A stretch of DNA of 64,000 nucleotides from an uncultured Saprospiraceae bacterium (lineage in GTDB: Bacteria; Bacteroidota; Bacteroidia; Chitinophagales; Saprospiraceae), in the NCBI GenBank assembly GCA_937959275.1, contig CALGLU010000022.1, forward strand, positions 130,589 to 194,588. Reading direction: 5' to 3'. Positions 48,837 to 57,482 of this stretch are shown here, one piece after another. A model generated the notes under the pieces. It had not been told where the DNA came from, searched no databases, and saw nothing but the letters and a program-made list of their open reading frames with translations. The translations under genes and the position numbers were made by a program. Within the stretch, counting starts at the first letter, position 1. Every line of letters begins with the position of its first letter.

Positions 48837-50371
48837 CCTGGTGCTCTACCAGTATCTGTTAAAAAGATGACTGTCGATTCATTAATAATGTAGGGACTTA
48901 TTTTTTTATCTTTTGTGTTAGTCAATTGCCTGTTTTTATAATAGATTTGATTATCAGTTACGTTAATGTCATCAGTACTGTAAGTCGATACTTGAATCCC
49001 TGTCTTTCTCAATGTTTCACCAGTAATGCTCCAATAATAATATTGTAATTCTCCTTCTACTATTTTTAAATTGCTCATTATGAGTGGTGGTTTATGATTT
49101 AATTCGAAGTATTGATAGGCGCTAGTTAAATTCTTATTTGAGAAGCCTTGAATTGAAAACACAATGATAAAACCGACTACATAGTTAAAAGGCATACGAT
49201 AGGCGTGTAGGCCTGAGATTAATACAAACACAATAAATAGCAATAAAATTTTTATAAAATTAAAGGGTAAGGCTAGATTGATTAAGTAATGAGTCGGGAA
49301 GGTGGTTACGAAAAGCAATAATGTAAGTATTATAAGTAAGGTACTTTGTTTTATTTTGTAATGAAAAAGTGATAGAATAGGAATGATAAGTATAAGTTTA
49401 GAATAACTACTGCTAGTCGGAGCAATTAATAAGCCAGCAATAATCCAAAGGGAAAATGAATATAGAATGTATGTTTTATTAAGCCGTGTTGCAGAAGCAG
49501 CTAGTGCAAAGATCAAAGACTTATATAAAACGAAGCTTAATGTATACAAGAAAGTACTGCTAATGAAAGGACTAGGATTTAGCAGGTCGTCTTTCACAAA
49601 TGTGTTTTTAAAAAGCATAACAGTTGATTTTGCTTGAACTGTAAATCCATCATATATTAGACCGGCACTAGATGAGGGAAAAACATCTGCAAAATAATAG
49701 TGTAAGGTTTCAAAACTAATAAGCAGAGAAGAAGCTAAGATTAGTAATCCACAGGTAACAAAAATGTAACAAATGGTAGCAAAGTCTTTTTTGAAAAACA
49801 ACCAAAATAATATGATTATTGGAAAAACTTTAATTAAAATTGCCACAGACCATAAAAGTGCAGCTAATGGTTTACGATTTTTTTCATAGGATAGTAGACC
49901 TTCAGCTAATAGAAAGAAAATAAAAAAATAGGTCTGGCCAAAGAGCAGAGTGTTTTTAATGGCTACCGCTGTTAGAATTATGATTATCGCATAGTGCCAA
50001 GCGTTAAGTTTATAGTAAGAGAAAAGACGGCATAGAGCTAAAAGGAATAATGATGCTCCAATTATATTATGTATTAATTTAGCTTCTGGCCAATCAAAAT
50101 AACTGAGAGGTAAATATGCAATTGCAATAAAGGGGGTGTTAGGATAAAAATTTACAAACAGCTTGTTAATCCCAACGTCTTCGAAAAGCTGATTAAAATG
50201 AAGAGCATCATAAATGTCTGGTGTAAAATTATTTGCTAATATAGCCTTTCCACCTAAATAATAATTAGCAAAGTCATGTATTTGAAACGTATATGACTTC
50301 CAAAGATAAAAGGCAACCAAAATTATACTAGCTAACACAAAGCCTAGATATTTAGTGCGTTCACTTAGCAT
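48806..50371 (-). CDS. polytopic membrane protein, GT87/DUF2029-like glycosyltransferase
   Basis: 521 aa. N-terminal HDFANYYLGGKAIL after TM1 resembles the DUF2029/GT87 signature. About 10 TM segments plus a C-terminal extracytoplasmic domain of about 120 aa. Confidence 0.55.
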   Translation of the reverse strand: MLSERTKYLGFVLASIILVAFYLWKSYTFQIHDFANYYLGGKAILANNFTPDIYDALHFNQLFEDVGINKLFVNFYPNTPFIAIAYLPLSYFDWPEAKLIHNIIGASLFLLALCRLFSYYKLNAWHYAIIIILTAVAIKNTLLFGQTYFFIFFLLAEGLLSYEKNRKPLAALLWSVAILIKVFPIIILFWLFFKKDFATICYIFVTCGLLILASSLLISFETLHYYFADVFPSSSAGLIYDGFTVQAKSTVMLFKNTFVKDDLLNPSPFISSTFLYTLSFVLYKSLIFALAASATRLNKTYILYSFSLWIIAGLLIAPTSSSYSKLILIIPILSLFHYKIKQSTLLIILTLLLFVTTFPTHYLINLALPFNFIKILLLFIVFVLISGLHAYRMPFNYVVGFIIVFSIQGFSNKNLTSAYQYFELNHKPPLIMSNLKIVEGELQYYYWSITGETLRKTGIQVSTYSTDDINVTDNQIYYKNRQLTNTKDKKISPYIINESTVIFLTDTGRAPGCYTIRKLNI

Positions 50372-51743
50372 ACCTCATTTTATTTCTAAAATAAAATGCC
50401 TTTAACACATGTTTAAGAGCGGTTACATTTAGATAGTTCTTAGCCACAAGAAATTGATGCCATCTTGTTTCATTATCTACCCACCTCAACGCGTAGTCAT
50501 AATACTGTCGTGAATATGTTCGTTTAAAATCTCGATCACGGTCTGTAGACGTGGCCCAGTCTTTATCATATACTTGATCAGCTTCTATCTCTTGGTACAT
50601 TGAGGTACCCTTAATGGGATAAGCTACTGTTATTGTAAAATGATTTGGTTGGCAATCTTTTAAATAGTCTACGGTCATAAAAATGTCTTCTTCTGTTTCA
50701 CCTGGATAACCTAGCATAATAAACGTACCTGCTTCAATGCCTTTTTTCTTTGTTAGTTTAATCATGTCACTTACATAATTAACATCAACCCTTCTATCCA
50801 TTAAATTGATGACTCGTTGAGATCCACTTTCTGCGCCAATCCATATTCTAAAACATCCTGCTTCTACAAGCCAATCGATTACCTCCTCTGTCATTCGATC
50901 TGCTCTTGTGATACATTCAAAAGGTATAATGGCATCCTGTTTTTTGAGCTCGTCTTTAAAATCCTCCAGCCATTTATGACTGACTGAGAAGACATCATCT
51001 ACAAACCAAATGGTGTCTGGATTATAGTTGTCTTTAAGTGTCTTCATTTCTTGAGCTACGAGGGCTGGCGATCGCCTGCGGTAACTTTGGCCATACACTG
51101 CAGTGCTACACCATTTACATGTATAGGGACATCCTCGTTGTGTACTTATGGTCATTGCACTTTTGCCATGATTTTGCTTCCAAGTGTCTAGATATGGTTG
51201 CATATCTATCATTTTCCTGTTTGGCAAGGGGAGATCATCAATAGGTCTGATTCTGGTCCTCTCTTTGGTTTGTATGACTTCTCCTTGACTGCGGTAAGCT
51301 AAGCCGTCGATGTGAGCGAATTCCTGATCGTTGCCTTGCTGAATAGTTTGTATGATCTCCAACATTGTTTGTTCGCCTTCTCCAATCACGATAATATCTG
51401 CACCAATATTTAGATAATCTTCAACATTGTGTCTCACATCAGGACCACCCAAGACTATTTTTGTGCCCGCACTATGCTTTTTTGTATGTTGAATCGTTTC
51501 ATTAATATTTACCTTCGTCATCAAATTAGTATACAAGGCTAATATGCTAGGCTGCTGTTTTTTGATGTGATCTTTGAATATTTCTTTTTTGGAAAATGTG
51601 GTGTCAAAGACCTCGTGTTGCAATCCATGTTTTTCTAGCCACGCAGAGATATACAGTATCCCAAGCGGAGGATATGGCTTCATGATCTTCTGCTCTTTAG
51701 CATCTTCATAAATATAATAACCGTGGGATAGAATGACTGTCAT
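50361..51743 (-). CDS. B12-binding domain radical SAM protein (paralogue of 52509..53948)
   Basis: 460 aa. N-terminal B12-binding-type Rossmann region (PPLGILYISAWL ... VLGGPDV ... VIGEGEQT). Radical SAM motif RGCPYTCKWC and IGAESGSQRV. Confidence 0.85.
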   Translation of the reverse strand: MTVILSHGYYIYEDAKEQKIMKPYPPLGILYISAWLEKHGLQHEVFDTTFSKKEIFKDHIKKQQPSILALYTNLMTKVNINETIQHTKKHSAGTKIVLGGPDVRHNVEDYLNIGADIIVIGEGEQTMLEIIQTIQQGNDQEFAHIDGLAYRSQGEVIQTKERTRIRPIDDLPLPNRKMIDMQPYLDTWKQNHGKSAMTISTQRGCPYTCKWCSTAVYGQSYRRRSPALVAQEMKTLKDNYNPDTIWFVDDVFSVSHKWLEDFKDELKKQDAIIPFECITRADRMTEEVIDWLVEAGCFRIWIGAESGSQRVINLMDRRVDVNYVSDMIKLTKKKGIEAGTFIMLGYPGETEEDIFMTVDYLKDCQPNHFTITVAYPIKGTSMYQEIEADQVYDKDWATSTDRDRDFKRTYSRQYYDYALRWVDNETRWHQFLVAKNYLNVTALKHVLKAFYFRNKMRYAK

Positions 51744-52507
51744 TTAATTTTTTGCAAATGAATTAGAAAATGATCCGATTTATCAGGCCTATAATTTAAC
51801 AGGTACAAAATCTTGTCGATCAACAAAAGTGGGAAAAGTAATTTACTATTATTTAAAAAGGAAGGTACATATCCTATTGATTTTATCTTAACAATATCAA
51901 AACCTTTAAATGCAGTCGCTACAGCATTAGGCCCAAAGTAGTAAGTTTTGATCGTTTGCCCGTCAACATTAACGGCTAACACTTTATCTTTTTCTCTAGT
52001 TTTTGAAATAGTCGCTTGCCGGTTGACCACACGGTACCAGTTATCTATGATCGATTTAGTGGGCATGATGACTAAAACAATATGTGCCTTGTCATTCAGA
52101 TGCTCATTAAGCCAGGTACTAATGAATGCCAATTGATTGTAGTCGATGCAATTGAGCCCACCAAAGTTTGAAAAGACAAGGTCAAATTTTGTCTTTTTAT
52201 CTAAAGAAGGTTGCCTTAAATCAAGTTGGGAAAAAGTAACTTCAAGCTTGTTTTGTTTTGATTTTGCCTTTGCAATATTGAGCATTGCATCTGAAATGTC
52301 AGTAGCTAAGACACGATAACCCAAGCGTGTAAGAAATTGTGCATCTTCACCAGTCCCACAGTTCAGCTCTAAGACATTGCGATTCGAATGTTTGGCTTTA
52401 AGTTTTAATATATAATCCCATACTCGTTTGCGCTGCACTTGTCCAATTTTCGAATATGTAAACTCTCGATCATAGGCTTCTGCAGCATTGTCAAAGTCCG
52501 CACTCAT
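51740..52507 (-). CDS. class I SAM-dependent methyltransferase
   Basis: 255 aa. Motif VLELNCGTGEDAQFL...DISDAML...DLVFSNFGGLN. There is a 4-nt overlap with the downstream gene and a 1-nt gap to the upstream gene. Confidence 0.85.
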   Translation of the reverse strand: MSADFDNAAEAYDREFTYSKIGQVQRKRVWDYILKLKAKHSNRNVLELNCGTGEDAQFLTRLGYRVLATDISDAMLNIAKAKSKQNKLEVTFSQLDLRQPSLDKKTKFDLVFSNFGGLNCIDYNQLAFISTWLNEHLNDKAHIVLVIMPTKSIIDNWYRVVNRQATISKTREKDKVLAVNVDGQTIKTYYFGPNAVATAFKGFDIVKIKSIGYVPSFLNNSKLLFPLLLIDKILYLLNYRPDKSDHFLIHLQKIK

Positions 52508-52508
52508 C

Positions 52509-53948
52509 TTAAATATAGCTTTGAAGCTTTCTTTTATTCAGCAGTGCTAATGGAAAATGATAAACCATCCTAGCTATATCTTTCAAAAAAGAGTCTTGCT
52601 TAGAATTCAATTTTCCGGTGGCCCTCATGAAACCTTTCTTGATTCGATAACGATTATGGACATAACGATGTAGTACTTTGTAAAATATTGGTGGATATGT
52701 ATTTTGAAACATCATATCAAGATCGTCTGAATCTGTCCAGTTCGATTTGAGCACTAAGTCCGCTTTGACCTTTTCATAAAAGGAAGTCCCTGGTAGGGGA
52801 TAAGAAACTGATATGCCGATATCGTCGGGCATTAGATCCAGCACCATATTAATGGTTTGTTGGACTTCTTCCCACGTTTCAGTGAGGTAACCGAATTGGA
52901 GGAAGAACGCGACGTTTACATTTCTTTCTTTGAGTTTACGAGTTGCCGTGTAAATCTGGTCTACGGTTGTGCCTTTGTCCATGGCATCCAATATTCTTTG
53001 AGAACCACTCTCTGCACCTAGCCAAATAGTATCTACGCCACTTTCGGCTAATGCATCCAAGTTGTCATCTTTGAGCATCAGGTCAGCTCGTGACTGGATT
53101 TTATATTTAAAGTCTAGTCCTTTCTCATTTTTTAAATCTCTAAACCGTTGTACCCAGCCTGGCTTAAGACCAAAAATATCATCGCACATCCAAAAGTAAT
53201 CAACACCATATGTCCTTATCAAATAGTCTATTTCTTGAATAACATCTTCAGGAGATCGGCTATTATATCGGTTACCATAAATCGGTTTGGCACACCAATT
53301 ACATTTATACGGACACCCTCTTGTCGTTGCAATGTTAAGCTGCAGGGCTTGGCCTTTTGTAGACCAAATAGAGCGATACGCTTCTATATCTATATCTTCT
53401 CTACTTGGAAAGGATAGCTGATCAAGATTTTTCGTTACTTGACGATTAGCATTTTTTGATACACCATTTTTATCGTTGCGACTAATTCCTAAAACCGCAT
53501 TAAGGTCGCCATCCTTTTTTATGGTTTCCAATAATTCGATTAGCGTTAATTCACCTTCTCCGTGAATAATAAAGTCTGCTCCTTTTTCATGATAGAGTTG
53601 AAAGTGATCCGTCGCGTCGGAGCTATTACAGATGACAAGGCATCCATGTTCTTTTGCTTTAGCAATGATATCAAATGTAGCCTGCTGCATGGTTGACAGG
53701 CACATCTTAGTCAGGTAGTTAAACCCATCATCATATAGTATAAGGTGAGTTGGTTTTAGTGAAGTTATTTCTTCATAGATCTCCTCATGACTTTTTACCA
53801 AATTGTTGTCAAAGACCGTTGTCTCAAAGCCAGCTTTTCTAAGTTCAGATGCCGCATAAAGAGTGCCTAAGGGTGTATAGGGTTGAGCTATTTGCCATTG
53901 TTTAACATCATATTGATAATAGTATGTATTTGCAATCAGAATGCGCAT
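52509..53948 (-). CDS. B12-binding domain radical SAM protein (paralogue of 50361..51743)
   Basis: 479 aa. Motifs TPLGTLYAASEL ... IHGEGELT, RGCPYKCNWC and LGAESGSQRI. Confidence 0.85.
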   Translation of the reverse strand: MRILIANTYYYQYDVKQWQIAQPYTPLGTLYAASELRKAGFETTVFDNNLVKSHEEIYEEITSLKPTHLILYDDGFNYLTKMCLSTMQQATFDIIAKAKEHGCLVICNSSDATDHFQLYHEKGADFIIHGEGELTLIELLETIKKDGDLNAVLGISRNDKNGVSKNANRQVTKNLDQLSFPSREDIDIEAYRSIWSTKGQALQLNIATTRGCPYKCNWCAKPIYGNRYNSRSPEDVIQEIDYLIRTYGVDYFWMCDDIFGLKPGWVQRFRDLKNEKGLDFKYKIQSRADLMLKDDNLDALAESGVDTIWLGAESGSQRILDAMDKGTTVDQIYTATRKLKERNVNVAFFLQFGYLTETWEEVQQTINMVLDLMPDDIGISVSYPLPGTSFYEKVKADLVLKSNWTDSDDLDMMFQNTYPPIFYKVLHRYVHNRYRIKKGFMRATGKLNSKQDSFLKDIARMVYHFPLALLNKRKLQSYI

Positions 53949-53953
53949 AAGAG

Positions 53954-54865
53954 CTAAGCAGGTGTTTTAGTAATATTGGAATTATACTTTCTAAGTGTAT
54001 TTTTTTGGTGATTCGAATCATGCACTTTGATTTGATCAAATGTAGACCTGTACATTAATTCGAAATCTTTGTTTTTTTTGTTATTATACTTTAAGTGATT
54101 TCTTAAAACGGAAGCAGACCTAATTATGTAATTGAGAATCGATCCCAAGGGATTATTCAAAATGAGTTCAGTCCAGCGTTTGATTTTACTTTTATTGAAT
54201 GGTCGTTCAATATAATTCGTATCGTCGATACTGATATTGGGCAAATAGGTCTTGTACCATGTATTGGCAAGCAACAACTGATCATATAAGTTTTTACTAC
54301 TGATTGGTATTAGTGTCGCAAGCTCAGTTGCCGTATATAGGTTTTGCTCTTCAATAGTTAAATTCTCATCAGAGATAAAGTAGTTTGTACAGAAAAGCTC
54401 TTTTCGGTTTTTTAGAATTAAGAACTTGTATGCTTTAACAAAGAACTTTGCTAGCCAAATTTTTCCGCTTTTTGCAAAAATAAAGTAGTCGATATCTGCA
54501 TCATCTTTCATAACTCCTTTGGATAAACTTCCAGAAATACAAACGCCTGAAACAAATGGAATATTCAATATTATATGACCATGCTTCACACTCGTCTCAT
54601 GATGTCCAAATGCATTCTTTTCATACTTTATTCTATCATGAACCTTTTTTTCAAGATGCAGGAGTCCGTAATAATCTTGAAATGAATATGCTGAATTAGT
54701 AGCGATAAGTTTTTGAAGAGCTATTTTAATTTCTGATTCTTCGGCCTTAGATTGTAAAAATCGATGAATCTCTGAAACGTTCAAAGGGTGATCAAATAAA
54801 TCAAAATAATGCAGGCATTTTAGTACCTGAAGTTCCAATTCACTTATTTTTTTCTTTGAACTCAA
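53954..54865 (-). CDS. Pol-beta-superfamily nucleotidyltransferase-like protein with N-terminal winged-helix-like segment
   Basis: 303 aa. ISGSLSKGVMKDDADIDYFIF fits the G[SG]x9-13DxD nucleotidyltransferase motif. Apparent TTG start. It is the first gene of a tightly packed six-gene minus-strand operon. Confidence 0.55.
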   Translation of the reverse strand: MSSKKKISELELQVLKCLHYFDLFDHPLNVSEIHRFLQSKAEESEIKIALQKLIATNSAYSFQDYYGLLHLEKKVHDRIKYEKNAFGHHETSVKHGHIILNIPFVSGVCISGSLSKGVMKDDADIDYFIFAKSGKIWLAKFFVKAYKFLILKNRKELFCTNYFISDENLTIEEQNLYTATELATLIPISSKNLYDQLLLANTWYKTYLPNISIDDTNYIERPFNKSKIKRWTELILNNPLGSILNYIIRSASVLRNHLKYNNKKNKDFELMYRSTFDQIKVHDSNHQKNTLRKYNSNITKTPA

Positions 54866-55087
54866 TGATAATATTTACAAAAACGGAAATGTACTTATTT
54901 ACTAATAGTCAACCAGATATTTGACATGGGCTCTGTAGGAATTATTAGTGTACGATTGACAATTCTTAGTATCAAAAGTACAATTTTTTAAACCATTATT
55001 GTACGGCTTGTGCTAGCACTCCATTTTTGTAAAAATACAAGGATTATAGCTGTTTTGATGTAAAATTAGGTCAAAAAAGAAGGCTTA

Positions 55088-56110
55088 CTACTTTGGCTTA
55101 TACTTAGACTGATCTAAAAGTGCCTGATTATCCTCCCATTCGATAAGTTCATTCACAGTCACTTCTGGATGTCTAGCCATAAAGGCTTTCACAACTTTCC
55201 ACCCGATAAAATTAGCTGTTCGTCCTGGAGCATCGCTAGGCATACCAGGGCTGTCAGGACTAGGATTGATTAATTTATTGATTTGTTTAAAGTTAGTCTC
55301 GTAAAAGAGATTTTCTCTGAGGAGGTGTGACCAGATTTGGGCTTGGTTTTGCTCACACCAGTCGAATTGAGCTGCTGTGTATTCCATGATAATGCTGTCA
55401 TGAGCAAAGGGAATAAACTGTTCGAGTAAATAGGCTTTCTTGCCATGATGGATCATATGATCTAGCAGCCGGTTTCCTTTAGGTCGACCCATGCGGTCAT
55501 CTAAAATGGTCTCCATCACCTTCTTTGTTAGATGATCCTTATTGAATGTGCGTGTGATGTATGCAGAGAATGCTGAATTTTGAGGAGACAGCTGTTCATA
55601 AGGGAAGGCATCGCCTAAAAACATATCCAAGCCAATCCCAATCCCATCTACTCCATTGTCATCAAACACAAAACATTGGTATGATAAACCACCAATAAAA
55701 GTATAGAAATTTGGTATCGTTGTTTTACCAGTCGCCTGCTGAAATAGATCAATACTAGCTGCTAATTCTTTTTCAATATTTGTTAAGTCTGGATATAATG
55801 AGTCTGTTTTTACCTTTAACTCAGCGATGAATTCGTCTTCTCTGAATACATCCAATTGTGTTTCATCTATGCTCCCATCTTCGCTCTGAAGTTGGATAAT
55901 ATTTTTAAAATAAATATCTGAAAAGGCTGGATACGATTCTCTTATTTTCTGAATAGTAGAAGTAAATAATTCTTGATCAACTCTGTCGATTTTTATATCA
56001 AGATCTGATTGTGGGACTGGAATTTTATCCTCTGTACAGGAATAGATGAGGGCACATACGATTAGCACCAAACATCTCCTCAATGTATATTTATAATCTG
56101 CTTTTTTCAC
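55088..56110 (-). CDS. gldB: gliding motility lipoprotein GldB
   Basis: 340 aa lipoprotein (LIYSC). IKIDRVDQELF near the N-terminus and the C-terminal GRTANFIGWKVVKAFM...LLDQSKYKPK closely recall Flavobacterium johnsoniae GldB (from memory). Confidence 0.85.
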   Translation of the reverse strand: MKKADYKYTLRRCLVLIVCALIYSCTEDKIPVPQSDLDIKIDRVDQELFTSTIQKIRESYPAFSDIYFKNIIQLQSEDGSIDETQLDVFREDEFIAELKVKTDSLYPDLTNIEKELAASIDLFQQATGKTTIPNFYTFIGGLSYQCFVFDDNGVDGIGIGLDMFLGDAFPYEQLSPQNSAFSAYITRTFNKDHLTKKVMETILDDRMGRPKGNRLLDHMIHHGKKAYLLEQFIPFAHDSIIMEYTAAQFDWCEQNQAQIWSHLLRENLFYETNFKQINKLINPSPDSPGMPSDAPGRTANFIGWKVVKAFMARHPEVTVNELIEWEDNQALLDQSKYKPK

Positions 56111-56426
56111 ATGGGATAAAACGATAATAAGTGTGTTTTAAGTGCATGTAAAAGAAAAACACGTAAGGCACATAAGTCTAGTTGAGCTTTTACAAGGTAC
56201 TTAAGGAGTCAAGTGTCGTTTCAAAATCAATAAAAAGTCTAAGTTATCGGTGTTAAACTGAGAACAAAAGTTCCCGTTTTTAGGACAATGCATGGGGTTT
56301 GTCTTCAAATGAACCCACCAAACCTTCCTTAAAAAGGGAAGCCTTATCCTCCTTCCTCAATGTATTCTGAAGTCGATTCAGATCAGTCTTCTCAACAGTG
56401 ATTTAAACGTGATATCAAAATGGTAA

Positions 56427-57482
56427 CTAATCCAACCAAGCAGGACGCTCAGTTCCTGCCCCTTCTAGGAATAGACATTCACAACACTCCGGTGGCCAAT
56501 TACGCCGATTGAAAATAGAACACGGGACAATGCCATTAAAATTAGCTCTGTATTCAGATGCGATAACTCGAGCACGAACGGTATCCACAGCTGCAACATC
56601 AAAATAGCCCAGCACTAGTTCATCTTCGTCGTTGATATTTATAATGTTGCCTGGCAAGGGTGCTGGCGGTAAATCGAAAACTGTTCCAGCTTGATTTGCC
56701 AATGACTTCAATCGACTCCAATAGATAAAACTTTCTTTTGTGATTGAAAATTGATACGTATTAAACACATAGAGTGCTCTAAAGTCATTAGGAATGTGAT
56801 CACTTTTTTGTGAGACTTTCTGTTCGATTAGACGATTACCTGAGATGTTTTCTGAACTTTGTAATGTCAAATTTTGCGCATTTGGCGGATCATAAACGTA
56901 ACAACTTTTAGACATATGCAGAGGCCCACAAAATTCTTCTGGGAAAACGGATAGGCCGTCCGTGACCCACCGTAAATATGTTTCTTGCCCATTTGTATTC
57001 ATTGGTAAGGGCGTATCAACATACACATTTATAGCCTTTGAAGATCGCTCTATACCTTGAGCTGTTGTAAATATTTCTTCTTCAAACCTTACATAATTAC
57101 TATCCGCCTTCACAGGTATTGGCATCTTTGTGGGCAATGATCTATAAACTTCTCCATCTGCTAAAGTAATCTCTATACTATATTCTTGTCCTACTTCTAT
57201 CGGGACATTCTCCAAAACATACACACCATTTGATGATTCAATGTATTCATATTCGTTATTAAGTATAATATTAGCGTTTGTAACCGGATCGTTAAATTTT
57301 AGTCCAAAACGTTGTGTTCTAGTCAAGATGATTTCATGTGGACCACTCGAGTTAGATAACACGCCATCGACAACTAATAGCTTTTCAACATCCTCTTCAT
57401 TAATATCAAATTCGAAGGGTTCAAGACATTGCGAAAATATCAAACAAATCAATATGCCGTAGAATGAGATTCGCATTACCAT
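56427..57482 (-). CDS. DUF4249-like lipoprotein partner of the TonB-dependent receptor
   Basis: 351 aa with an N-terminal signal ending in C (LIFSQC). It overlaps the upstream TonB-dependent receptor stop by 7 nt, the usual arrangement for DUF4249 proteins (family name from memory). Confidence 0.5.
   Translation of the reverse strand: MVMRISFYGILICLIFSQCLEPFEFDINEEDVEKLLVVDGVLSNSSGPHEIILTRTQRFGLKFNDPVTNANIILNNEYEYIESSNGVYVLENVPIEVGQEYSIEITLADGEVYRSLPTKMPIPVKADSNYVRFEEEIFTTAQGIERSSKAINVYVDTPLPMNTNGQETYLRWVTDGLSVFPEEFCGPLHMSKSCYVYDPPNAQNLTLQSSENISGNRLIEQKVSQKSDHIPNDFRALYVFNTYQFSITKESFIYWSRLKSLANQAGTVFDLPPAPLPGNIININDEDELVLGYFDVAAVDTVRARVIASEYRANFNGIVPCSIFNRRNWPPECCECLFLEGAGTERPAWLD

Noticed and set aside
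54866-55087. A small precursor-peptide ORF (RiPP-style) next to the radical SAM operon.
   Set aside because: Only 3-21 codon ORFs with no notable composition are present. The longest ones are on the opposite strand to the operon. Nothing supports a precursor peptide.
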